From Alphaproteobacteria bacterium (GTDB taxonomy: Bacteria; Pseudomonadota; Alphaproteobacteria; Rs-D84), in assembly GCA_017534945.1 (NCBI GenBank), contig JAFXVB010000026.1, positions 1,034-65,033 on the forward strand: a DNA stretch of 64,000 nt, given 5' to 3'. A model generated the notes under the pieces. It had not been told where the DNA came from and searched no databases. It worked only from the letters and a program-made list of their open reading frames with translations. Made by a program: the position numbers and the translations under genes. Positions 1 to 8,129 of the stretch are shown piece after piece (within the stretch, counting starts at the first letter, position 1; the number at the start of each line of letters is the position of its first letter).

Positions 1-1662
1 TGCATCGTCCAGTAAAAAATCACCAACCGGCGTTCCAACCAAATTAAACCCAACAAACGGAATATTTGTCCCCAACGATGTCCGTACCATACCACGCAAA
101 TGCGCGCCATTACCCATAACGGTTGCATATTGCAAAGTTGCACCATTTAATACTAATTCTGGTTCTGGATTTCCCTGACCAAATGGCGCCAACACAGATA
201 ACTTTGATATCAACGCCATATTGGCACCCGACGCATCAATTTCAGCATCCACAACAACCTGATGTACGGACGGATTTTCACCCAACTGTGCCGCCACAGA
301 CTTTTCTAAAAACTCACAAAAATCAGTTTCTTTATCCGCAGGCAAAGAAAATCCCGCCGCCGCCGCGTGTCCGCCACCTTCGGTCACGATTCCCAATGCC
401 AAAGCATCATGAATAATTTTACCCAAATCAACATTTGCAACCGAACGCCCAGACCCATTTATAACACCATCAATTTTTGTTGCAACACACGAAGGTCGAT
501 TATACCTGTCTTTCAATCGACCGGCAATAATTCCCATGACGCCACCATGCCAATTATCACCACATACAAACAAACTGCACTTTCCTTTTTTACAACACTG
601 TTCGGCCTGTTCTGCGGCATGTAACATAATCGCATTTTGAATATCGATTCTATCTTTGTTCATTTGATCTAATTTTTCTGCCAGCGCACGCGCCACCAAT
701 GGATTATCGGTCAACAATAATTCCAATGCTGGTTTCGCAGAATTTAAGCGACCCGCCGCATTTAAACGCGGCCCCAATACAAAACCAGCAACATAAACAG
801 ACGCATGACGAACGCCCGCAACATCCATCAAAACACGCAAACCCAAATTCTTGCGCGTATCTAAAACCTTTAATCCTGCGGCAACAAACGCACGATTTAA
901 TCCAACAAGCATCATCGTGTCGCAAATCGTTCCCAATGCAACCAAATCCAAATAATCCATCAAATTTATTTGAGATAATTTTACATTTCTATCTTGGTCC
1001 AAAGTACCGCGTAATTCCCTGTTGACGGCAACCAAAGCCAAAAAAGCAACACCAACACCCGCCAAATAAGTAAGTCCAGATTCATCGTCCGCGCGTTTTG
1101 GATTTACAACCGCATCCGCATTTGGCAACACTGTATCTGGGGAATGGTGATCGGTCACAACAACCGTCATACCACACTCTTTGGCATGTTGAATTTCTGT
1201 AATACAACTGATACCACAATCCACAGTAATTAACAATTCTGTACCTGCCGCTGCCAATTCATCAATTGCGGCAACATTTAATCCATAGCCTTCGCCTTCG
1301 CGGATTGGCACATGCCATATGATATCTACATCCAAATCCCGTAAATATTTCACAAATATTGATGTCGATGTAATTCCATCAACATCATAATCCCCATAAA
1401 CCGCAATTTTTTTGTGCTGTCGCACCGCATCTGCAATAATTTTAGACGCGCGTTCCATATCATGCAAAACGAACGGATCCGGCATATATTCCTTTATCGT
1501 TGGGGATAAAAATTTTTCTATATCTTTGGATGATGTAATACCACGACCAGCCAAAATTTTTTTGACCAAATCATCTGGCAAATCTGTTCTGGCATTAAAA
1601 TCTGTACCATCAATCAACACCCATGCCTGCCCCAGCATGGATTTTTCTACTAACTTTTTCAT
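1..1662 (-). CDS. recJ: single-stranded-DNA-specific exonuclease RecJ (C-terminal end runs off the window)
   Basis: My own reverse-strand translation from the ATG at 1662 gives MKKLVEKSMLGQAWVLID...KKIAVYGDYDVDGITSTSIF...LLITVDCGISCITEIQHAKECGMTVVVTDHH. These are DHH-family motifs in RecJ order. The frame stays open to position 1, so it is absent from the ORF track. Confidence 0.8.
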   Translation of the reverse strand, partial: MKKLVEKSMLGQAWVLIDGTDFNARTDLPDDLVKKILAGRGITSSKDIEKFLSPTIKEYMPDPFVLHDMERASKIIADAVRQHKKIAVYGDYDVDGITSTSIFVKYLRDLDVDIIWHVPIREGEGYGLNVAAIDELAAAGTELLITVDCGISCITEIQHAKECGMTVVVTDHHSPDTVLPNADAVVNPKRADDESGLTYLAGVGVAFLALVAVNRELRGTLDQDRNVKLSQINLMDYLDLVALGTICDTMMLVGLNRAFVAAGLKVLDTRKNLGLRVLMDVAGVRHASVYVAGFVLGPRLNAAGRLNSAKPALELLLTDNPLVARALAEKLDQMNKDRIDIQNAIMLHAAEQAEQCCKKGKCSLFVCGDNWHGGVMGIIAGRLKDRYNRPSCVATKIDGVINGSGRSVANVDLGKIIHDALALGIVTEGGGHAAAAGFSLPADKETDFCEFLEKSVAAQLGENPSVHQVVVDAEIDASGANMALISKLSVLAPFGQGNPEPELVLNGATLQYATVMGNGAHLRGMVRTSLGTNIPFVGFNLVGTPVGDFLLDDA

Positions 1663-1702
1663 CTATACTCTTTTTTATTATCAAGTATATTATAACTGAA
1701 AA

Positions 1703-3322
1703 TTATTCAAATAGCAATGGCAGTATTCCATCCAATATTTTTCCCGCCGTTGGCACAGAATTTTGTGATGCAGTTCGCCATCCACCGGTTTCTGCCAAAC
1801 CTTGGGGTTCGTCCAGATTTATCATGATAATATATTGTGGCGCATCGGCCGGAAAAATACCGACAAATGTCGTCATATTGCGTTTTTTATCAATCGCGCC
1901 ATTTACGCGTTTTTCAGCTGTTCCGGTTTTTCCACCGATTTTTATCCCATTGATACGCGTTAATTTTCCACTGGTTTCTTCGACAACCCGCACCATATTA
2001 TGCCGCAATTTATTAGATATTTCTTCACTTAACACACGCGAACCACTGATACGGCCAACATCACGTTTTCGTATAGTTGGATTAATATAAATTCCACCAT
2101 TTGTGACCGCATTTACCCCCAACAACAGATGCATCGGGGTCACCGCAACCGTATGCCCAAAAGACACCGTTGCAACATCTGTGATTCCCCATTTTTTTGG
2201 GAATATTGGATATTCTGTTTTACCAAAATCCAAATCCAATTTTTCATCCAGATGCAACCGATGGAAAAATTCAGGTTGTGCACCATCTGGGAATTGCAAT
2301 GCGATTTGCACACTGCCCACATTGCAAGAATGCACCATAATTTCATCAACGTTCATCCATGGTGTATCGAATTTTGCGACATCATGAAAAGTTGTCACAT
2401 ATCGACCACTTTTTGTTCGTAACACATATGGTTTTCCAACATAATATTTTCCACCAATTCCATTTTCATATGCCAATGCCGTATTAAATATTTTAAACAC
2501 AGACCCCATTTCCAACACATCACGCATTTGTTTAAAACGCCTGTTTTCCACTGGATACGCCGACACATTTTCTGGGTCAAAATCCGGTAGTGATACCATT
2601 GCCAACATTTCACCTGTTCGCGAATTCATCAACATACCCATTGCACCTTTGGCATGATATTTTTGTACTGCTTCGCTTAAACGCGTATGGAATTGTTCTT
2701 GGATTCGTGCATCCAAAGACAACCGCAACGGGTCATTATTTTCACGCAAATACGAATCGAATATTTTTTCAGCCCCCTCTAAACCTTCGCCTTCTTTACC
2801 GACAAAACCGACAACATGTGCAAATAAATTATGTTTTGGATAACGGCGCATTTGTTTTACTTCGACCTCTAAACCATCCAACTTTGCATCTTTGATTTGT
2901 TTGCGTTCCGCATCAGTCGCATATTGTTTCAAATACATAAATTTTTTAGATTTTAAAATATCATATGCCGCCGACAAAGAATATTTATATGGAAATACTT
3001 CATGTATTTTTGTTGCAACCGCATCAATATCTTTGACCGCACCAGGACGCACCATAACATGACCAGAAATAACATTTTTTGCCAATTTAACACCATTTCG
3101 GTCTTCTATATCGGCGCGCGTAATAACCCAATCGCCACCAATTTTAGCCTTGCCTGATTTTCCAGTTCCAATGCACCCATAATATAAAGTCTTGGCAAAA
3201 AACAAAGTGAACAAAACCCAAACAACAAAACCAAACACCACACGCAACCTGGACCGTTCCAAATCACGCCGTCGTGCCACCCGTCCACCATAAAGATAAA
3301 TATCCTTTCCTACCTCGAACAT
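1703..3322 (-). CDS. ftsI: class B penicillin-binding protein / peptidoglycan D,D-transpeptidase FtsI
   Basis: 539 aa with an N-terminal TM segment and the transpeptidase triad SxxK (GSVFK), SxN (HSCN) and KTG (GKTGTA). It lies directly downstream of an FtsL-like gene. Confidence 0.85.
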   Translation of the reverse strand: MFEVGKDIYLYGGRVARRRDLERSRLRVVFGFVVWVLFTLFFAKTLYYGCIGTGKSGKAKIGGDWVITRADIEDRNGVKLAKNVISGHVMVRPGAVKDIDAVATKIHEVFPYKYSLSAAYDILKSKKFMYLKQYATDAERKQIKDAKLDGLEVEVKQMRRYPKHNLFAHVVGFVGKEGEGLEGAEKIFDSYLRENNDPLRLSLDARIQEQFHTRLSEAVQKYHAKGAMGMLMNSRTGEMLAMVSLPDFDPENVSAYPVENRRFKQMRDVLEMGSVFKIFNTALAYENGIGGKYYVGKPYVLRTKSGRYVTTFHDVAKFDTPWMNVDEIMVHSCNVGSVQIALQFPDGAQPEFFHRLHLDEKLDLDFGKTEYPIFPKKWGITDVATVSFGHTVAVTPMHLLLGVNAVTNGGIYINPTIRKRDVGRISGSRVLSEEISNKLRHNMVRVVEETSGKLTRINGIKIGGKTGTAEKRVNGAIDKKRNMTTFVGIFPADAPQYIIMINLDEPQGLAETGGWRTASQNSVPTAGKILDGILPLLFE

Positions 3323-3324
3323 AC

Positions 3325-3624
3325 TTATTGTTTCCTTAATGGCAAATCTTCAATTGTTGTATATTTTTTAAAACCTATAATTTCCACATGCGGATTAACG
3401 GCGGTCACCATACCCAACAAATATTCTGAATTTGTCATAGATTCAAATTTCGCCTGGGCAATTGCAATTTGCTGTTGCGTTTTTACAATTTCATCATGGG
3501 TAAATTTCAAAGATTTATGTTGGGTACGATAACACACCTGAAGACCGACGATTAAAAACATAACGCCGACCAACGACCAAACACCAATCTTAAACATTTT
3601 TTGTTCATCATTCATATCCGTCAT
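3325..3624 (-). CDS. FtsL-like small bitopic cell-division protein
   Basis: 99 aa with a single TM (VWSLVGVMFLIVGLQV) followed by a coiled-coil-like segment. Its stop is 2 nt before the ftsI start. The call rests on position and architecture only. Confidence 0.45.
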   Translation of the reverse strand: MTDMNDEQKMFKIGVWSLVGVMFLIVGLQVCYRTQHKSLKFTHDEIVKTQQQIAIAQAKFESMTNSEYLLGMVTAVNPHVEIIGFKKYTTIEDLPLRKQ

Positions 3625-3646
3625 CCATTATCAGTTTTATATTCTA

Positions 3647-4009
3647 TCATAAATTTTGTAAAAAACTAATCATAGAATTCAAACCTGATAACCTCCCTGC
3701 CCCTAATTGTATATTTAATGAAGAAAATTCTTGTGCCAAATTCATCTTTTTAATTTGTTCGGGACTTTTACCATTGACCATGGCCAACAAAATTGCAACC
3801 ACACCACGCACAATCCCAGAATCCGCACGTCCAAAAAATTTATTTCCAACCCGACATATTTCAACAAAAGATGCACATCCAACAATTTCAGTGCACTTTG
3901 CATCATCTGGCACAGGTGCCATATGTGCACCAAAATCCATAACCATTTCCAATTTTTCAACTGGGTCTTCAATCATTTGTAAAATAGATTTCATTTGTTC
4001 GTATTGCAT
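3647..4009 (-). CDS. sufE: cysteine desulfuration protein SufE
   Basis: 120 aa with the SufE pattern: VGCASFVEI (conserved Cys loop), ADSGIVRGVVAILL and GAGRLSGLNSMISFLQ. It is adjacent to sufS and sufT. Confidence 0.75.
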   Translation of the reverse strand: MQYEQMKSILQMIEDPVEKLEMVMDFGAHMAPVPDDAKCTEIVGCASFVEICRVGNKFFGRADSGIVRGVVAILLAMVNGKSPEQIKKMNLAQEFSSLNIQLGAGRLSGLNSMISFLQNL

Positions 4010-4324
4010 TTACCAACCCATATTTGTTAAATCCAATTCAACACGCGCCGCATCACTCATCCGGGAAACATCCCACGCCGGTTCCCAAACCAATTGCACA
4101 TCAACATTTGCACCACGTGCGACATTTGATACCGCCTGTTTTACTTGTGCCAATAATTCTTCCATCATGGGACATGTTGGACTTGTAAAAGTCATTGTAA
4201 TAACAATTTGTTTTTCATCAATTTTAATATCATAAACCAATCCCAAATCCCAAATATTTACCGGGATTTCTGGGTCAAAGACCGTTTTCAGTGCATTTAT
4301 AATATCATCACGATTCGCAACCAT
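4010..4324 (-). CDS. sufT: Fe-S cluster assembly protein SufT (DUF59/MIP18 family)
   Basis: 104 aa with VFDPEIPVNIWDLGLVY and TFTSPTCPM, the typical DUF59 signature. It lies between sufS and sufE. Confidence 0.7.
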   Translation of the reverse strand: MVANRDDIINALKTVFDPEIPVNIWDLGLVYDIKIDEKQIVITMTFTSPTCPMMEELLAQVKQAVSNVARGANVDVQLVWEPAWDVSRMSDAARVELDLTNMGW

Positions 4325-4325
4325 T

Positions 4326-5441
4326 TTATTTCACTATTTTTTTCACAACCGATATAAATTCATCTGCGTCTGCTTTTGTATTCCATGGCCCCACAGAAAC
4401 ACGAATCGAACCATCAATATTTAACAATTTATGAATCCATGTTGCACACATATTACCAACACGCAAACAAATACCATTTGCGCCAATCAAACTTCCAAAA
4501 TCCAAAACATGCATATCTTTGACAACAAAAGACAATACCGTCGCATCACGATTGGTTAAAATTTCTATACGCGGTATTTGCTTTAATTCATCATACATAT
4601 ATTTAATAAGACCCAAATCCGGACGTGATTTTTTCAATTCGTCCAACGCAACCGACAACCCACAAATTTGGGTCAAAGGTAATGTTCCGGCCTCCCATTT
4701 TTCTGGTGCCGAATTAAAAACCAATTTTTCATCATCAACGCGTGCGACCATACCACCACCGAATTTATCCGGTAATAAATTTTTCGAATCACGAATATAC
4801 ATAATACCGACACCGGTATCTGCACCAATTTTATGTCCAGAAAACACAACAAAATCCGCGTCCCATGCACACACATCTATATCACGATGTACAATGTATT
4901 GTGTTGCATCGACAATAACAATCACATCTGGATTTTTCGCACGCGCCGCACGAACCACCGCCGCGACATCTTGAGGCATTCCCATAACATTGGACATTGC
5001 CGTCACGACCAAAACATCTGCACGCGGCACAGAATCCAATTTAATATTACAATCATCATCCAATGCATATTCAACAATTGCACTAATTTTATGTTGCCGC
5101 GCCAATTCTTCCCATGGCAACCGCGCCGAATGATGTTCCAAAGCGGATACGGCACATACAAACGATTCACGAAAATATGGCTGACGCGCGATAATATTCA
5201 CAATACGATTTAATCCATCGGTTGCATTTGACACAAAAACAACATTGGATTCATCTGCATTTATAAAGTCCGCCACTTTGCGCCGAACATTTCGCACCAT
5301 ATCATCCACCGCCACCGCGCGTGCGCAAACCCCACGCCCCGCATTAGCGTAATCATAGCGTAAAAAATCCGCCTCTGCCGAAATCACAGATTCCGGTTTT
5401 AGAAAACTTGCCGCTGCATCCAGATACACGATTTTGTTCAT
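4326..5441 (-). CDS. sufS: cysteine desulfurase (class V aminotransferase, SufS-like)
   Basis: Carries the PLP-lysine motif FSGHKIGADTGVGIMY and a C-terminal active-site Cys in RVGNMCATW. The track ORF starts at 5480. I prefer the internal ATG at 5441 (MNKIVYLDAAASF), which matches the usual N-terminus. Confidence 0.8.
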   Translation of the reverse strand: MNKIVYLDAAASFLKPESVISAEADFLRYDYANAGRGVCARAVAVDDMVRNVRRKVADFINADESNVVFVSNATDGLNRIVNIIARQPYFRESFVCAVSALEHHSARLPWEELARQHKISAIVEYALDDDCNIKLDSVPRADVLVVTAMSNVMGMPQDVAAVVRAARAKNPDVIVIVDATQYIVHRDIDVCAWDADFVVFSGHKIGADTGVGIMYIRDSKNLLPDKFGGGMVARVDDEKLVFNSAPEKWEAGTLPLTQICGLSVALDELKKSRPDLGLIKYMYDELKQIPRIEILTNRDATVLSFVVKDMHVLDFGSLIGANGICLRVGNMCATWIHKLLNIDGSIRVSVGPWNTKADADEFISVVKKIVK

Positions 5442-5514
5442 ATATAAAAACCCTTGCATTTCGTAAAGATTATAATACACTCAAACCAAATATCAACAAT
5501 CAAGGGAGAAAAAA

Positions 5515-5835
5515 ATGGCTTTACAACATGCAAATGACAACAACTTTCAAAGCACAATACAAAATGGATTAACATTGGTGGATTTCTGGGCAACATGGTG
5601 TGGTCCATGCCGTATGTTTGGTCCAATTTTCGAATCTGTATCGGAAAAAGAACCCAATGTAAATTTTGTTAAATTTGAAATTGATGAAACAAATCGTGTA
5701 ACCCCAACTAAATTCGGTATTCGCAGTATCCCAAGTGTCTTGGCATTTCGTGACGGCAATTTAATAGAAGCCCGCACAGGATTAATGGACGAAGAAACAG
5801 TTATCGCATGGATAAAAGAACTGCAATCCGCCTAA
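5515..5835 (+). CDS. trxA: thioredoxin
   Basis: 106 aa with the WCGPC active site and typical thioredoxin length. An AGGGAGAAAAAA Shine-Dalgarno region lies upstream. Confidence 0.9.
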   Translation: MALQHANDNNFQSTIQNGLTLVDFWATWCGPCRMFGPIFESVSEKEPNVNFVKFEIDETNRVTPTKFGIRSIPSVLAFRDGNLIEARTGLMDEETVIAWIKELQSA

Positions 5836-5861
5836 ATAAAAAAATAACAAAGGAAAAAACA

Positions 5862-6284
5862 ATGGCAAAACAACAAGATTATAAAACACTTGAATTACCT
5901 GCAAAATATGCCCCTAAAAAAAGCGAACCATATATGTGTACGGAACAAAAGGCGTATTTTTATCAATTGTTGCTTGCACAAAAACAAGAAATCACAGACG
6001 GCAATACAGATGTATTAAACTCTGTCCGCAACGATAATTCAACCGATGTTGGCGATGAAAGTGATAACGCGGCCCAAGAACAAGCATTAACAATGAACCT
6101 GCGTATGTCTGAACGCGACAACAAATTGCTTGCTAAAATCAATGCCGCATTGGATAGATTGGAAAACGGCACATTTGGATACAGCGTCATTTCCAACGAA
6201 GAAATTGGCATCTCTCGTATGCTGGCACGTCCTCTTGCAACCATGACGGTTGAAGAACAAGAAGAGTACGAGGCACGCAAATAA
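5862..6284 (+). CDS. dksA: RNA polymerase-binding regulator DksA, cysteine-free variant
   Basis: Has the coiled-coil tip motif DxxDxA (DESDNA) and a C-terminal GTFGY...EEIGISRMLARPLAT matching DksA, but all four zinc-finger Cys positions are replaced. The start is moved to the ATG at 5862 (MAKQQDYK) behind AAGGAAAAA. Confidence 0.8.
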   Translation: MAKQQDYKTLELPAKYAPKKSEPYMCTEQKAYFYQLLLAQKQEITDGNTDVLNSVRNDNSTDVGDESDNAAQEQALTMNLRMSERDNKLLAKINAALDRLENGTFGYSVISNEEIGISRMLARPLATMTVEEQEEYEARK

Positions 6285-6307
6285 AAACGCCTTTAAACAT
6301 CAACCAC

Positions 6308-6337
6308 ACTCGGGTGAGCAAAACCCGAGTTTTTTTA
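6308..6337 (+). terminator. rho-independent terminator after dksA
   Basis: ACTCGGGT-gagcaaa-ACCCGAGT stem-loop followed by TTTTTTT. Confidence 0.7.
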
Positions 6338-6372
6338 TTATAAAAAAGAACAGAACACCCAAGTGTGGATTG

Positions 6373-6720
6373 TTATTCAATCCACATGTTGACCAAAGTG
6401 GTGCCATTTTCACCACCCGATCGAACCTTGGATGTTCTGTTAGAGTCTGTCCATCCAATAGTAGGCACCTCCTTCTCTCTGGCAGAGCCAGAGCCGATGA
6501 TTGTGTTATTGGATGTTTGGGGATTTTGAGACAGAGTTACAGAGGAATTAGCAGAATTATGAATAGCAACATTGCCAGAGTTATCACGAGAAATCGTGCC
6601 TTCAACAAAGGCAACAGAAGCCAGCGTCGTATTTGTGGTTGCGGCAACGGCTGAACCATTAACCCCACAAAACACGCAAGAAAGCAACAAAAATATAGGT
6701 ATTATTGCTCTCAGTCTCAT
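6373..6720 (-). CDS. small secreted Thr/Ser/Asn-rich protein, function unknown
   Basis: 115 aa with the signal peptide MRLRAIIPIFLLLSCVFCGVNGSAVA, then AATTNT. It shares this start architecture with the ORF at 31510-32028. Confidence 0.5.
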   Translation of the reverse strand: MRLRAIIPIFLLLSCVFCGVNGSAVAATTNTTLASVAFVEGTISRDNSGNVAIHNSANSSVTLSQNPQTSNNTIIGSGSAREKEVPTIGWTDSNRTSKVRSGGENGTTLVNMWIE

Positions 6721-6786
6721 TATCTACTTTTTCCCCTTACTGTAAGGGTAGTAAAATTTATGAAACTGAATCAAGCATAAAAAAAT

Positions 6787-7041
6787 CTATTTTTTTAATT
6801 TCTTTTTTGTCGCAGATTTTACCGTCTTTTTCTTGACATTTTTTGCCTTTGGTGCCGCTTTTTTCTCTTGCACGACATCTTTCTTTTCTGGCGCAACAGA
6901 CGATTTTTTCATTTCGCTTTTAAAAACATTAATCCCATTTGCCAAATTTTTCATCATTGTTGGGATTTTGCTATGCCCAAACAAAATCAACAGCAAAACA
7001 ACAATAACCAGAATTTCGGCCCACCCTAATCTTCCAAGCAT
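6787..7041 (-). CDS. tatA: twin-arginine translocase subunit TatA/E
   Basis: 84 aa. MLGRLGWAEILVIVVLLLILFGHSKIP...GINVFKSEMK shows the TM plus FG-x-x-K-hinge-amphipathic-helix pattern of TatA, followed by a Lys-rich tail. Confidence 0.8.
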   Translation of the reverse strand: MLGRLGWAEILVIVVLLLILFGHSKIPTMMKNLANGINVFKSEMKKSSVAPEKKDVVQEKKAAPKAKNVKKKTVKSATKKKLKK

Positions 7042-7056
7042 CTCTTTTCTCCTTTA

Positions 7057-7854
7057 TTATTTTGCAACATAGCAATCCAAACCATCGGATTTTGCGTTAC
7101 GACAAAAACCGTTGGCATCATTGGAATTATTAAATGCGACACGCAACCGATATGTTGTGCGACCATCTTTTAACTGGGACGCTAAAACAACGAATTGTTT
7201 ACCGCTAAACAAACTGCTGTGCGCCGCACGCATTTTTTGTCCAGCCGCATTTGCTGCATCCCGCGAACTGTATGACCCAAACTGAACATACCATACCGCC
7301 CCAGATGTCGATTTTTCAACCTTTTTGGTTGCCGATTTTGCCACAGGTTTCTTTGCAACCGGTTTCGCCGCCGGTTTTGCTTCTACCTTTTTAACCACAG
7401 GCACAGGTTCCGCCACTTCTTTATTTGGATTGAACACCACATCGCGTCTATCTTGGACAACACGAACATCTGGTTCCATATCTGCAACCTGAACAGGTTG
7501 TGGTTTTGCCATCTCTGGCGCAGGTTGTGGTGGCATTGGTTTTTGTGCATCTGGCATCGGCATTGGTGCCGGTGGCATTGGCAAAGGTTGCGGATTTGCA
7601 TCTGGCATCGGCGCATCACCACCATCAACAACAACCTCTGGCGCTGCATCTAAATCAATTTCCACAGACGAAGACGAATTTCCGCCAACGGTCTTCACAA
7701 TCACATAAGTCGCCAGCGCAATAACAACCAATCCCACACTTAACAACAACCATGGTTTTCTGGGCCGCGGACTGACAAAAGCAACCTCTGGCAAAGAATC
7801 AGACGAACCATCGTCCAAATCCAATAAATCCAAATTTGTGTCTTCGTTATTCAT
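7057..7854 (-). CDS. SPOR-domain membrane protein with proline-rich linker
   Basis: Has an N-terminal TM (WLLLSVGLVVIALATYVIV), a PMP/PQP-rich linker, and a C-terminal SPOR-like region (WYVQFGSYSSRDAANAAGQKMRA...TTYRLRVAFNNSNDANGFC). Confidence 0.7.
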   Translation of the reverse strand: MNNEDTNLDLLDLDDGSSDSLPEVAFVSPRPRKPWLLLSVGLVVIALATYVIVKTVGGNSSSSVEIDLDAAPEVVVDGGDAPMPDANPQPLPMPPAPMPMPDAQKPMPPQPAPEMAKPQPVQVADMEPDVRVVQDRRDVVFNPNKEVAEPVPVVKKVEAKPAAKPVAKKPVAKSATKKVEKSTSGAVWYVQFGSYSSRDAANAAGQKMRAAHSSLFSGKQFVVLASQLKDGRTTYRLRVAFNNSNDANGFCRNAKSDGLDCYVAK

Positions 7855-7889
7855 AAAAAACTCCCTTAGATTTTTTCTTATCTAAGGGA
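7855..7889 (-). terminator. terminator-like hairpin abutting the SPOR gene start; its 3' arm contains the Shine-Dalgarno sequence
   Basis: The minus strand reads TCCCTTAGAT-aagaaaaa-ATCTAAGGGA-G-TTTTTT-ATG. This is a 10-bp perfect stem and a T6 run, with the start codon immediately after. Confidence 0.5.
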
Positions 7890-7933
7890 TATTATATCAT
7901 AAAAAAAGTGTTATTCCAAATCCAACACGCAAA

Positions 7934-8074
7934 TTATTTTGGCATATTCCCAAAATTTGGTGGCACAATCAATTTATGATTTTGTTCAACAATCGGTTCA
8001 ACCTCGCAATTGCAACAACCCGACAAACAACCAATCACAGCCACCAATAATCCAAACAAAACAAATTTCTTCAT
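7934..8074 (-). CDS. small lipoprotein (46 aa), not in the ORF track
   Basis: My translation gives MKKFVLFGLLVAVIGCLSGCCNCEVEPIVEQNHKLIVPPNFGNMPK. It has a signal peptide with a lipobox-like LSGC, and AAAGGATAGG upstream of the ATG. Confidence 0.45.
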   Translation of the reverse strand: MKKFVLFGLLVAVIGCLSGCCNCEVEPIVEQNHKLIVPPNFGNMPK

Positions 8075-8099
8075 ATCCTATCCTTTTATTTATACAGCA

Positions 8100-8123
8100 T
8101 ATCCCGGTCAAATGACCGGGATA
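8100..8123 (-). terminator. stem-loop 6 nt after the thrS stop (weak U-tract)
   Basis: TATCCCGGTCA / TGACCGGGATA inverted repeat. No clean T-run follows on the minus strand, so terminator function is uncertain. Confidence 0.35.
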
Positions 8124-8129
8124 CATGTT

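Noticed and set aside
5808-5861. Upstream extensions of track ORFs: dksA from 5808, trxB from 37058, the GT2-like gene from 44473, GNAT from 13142, sufS from 5480, typA from 40524
   Set aside because: In each case an internal ATG with a better SD reproduces the family-typical N-terminus or removes an overlap with a neighbouring gene.
7383-7724. Several 66-88-aa ORFs on both strands inside the proline-rich part of the SPOR gene
   Set aside because: These are low-complexity repeat DNA read in alternative frames. The SPOR-domain frame is continuous and has a signal/TM segment and a domain.
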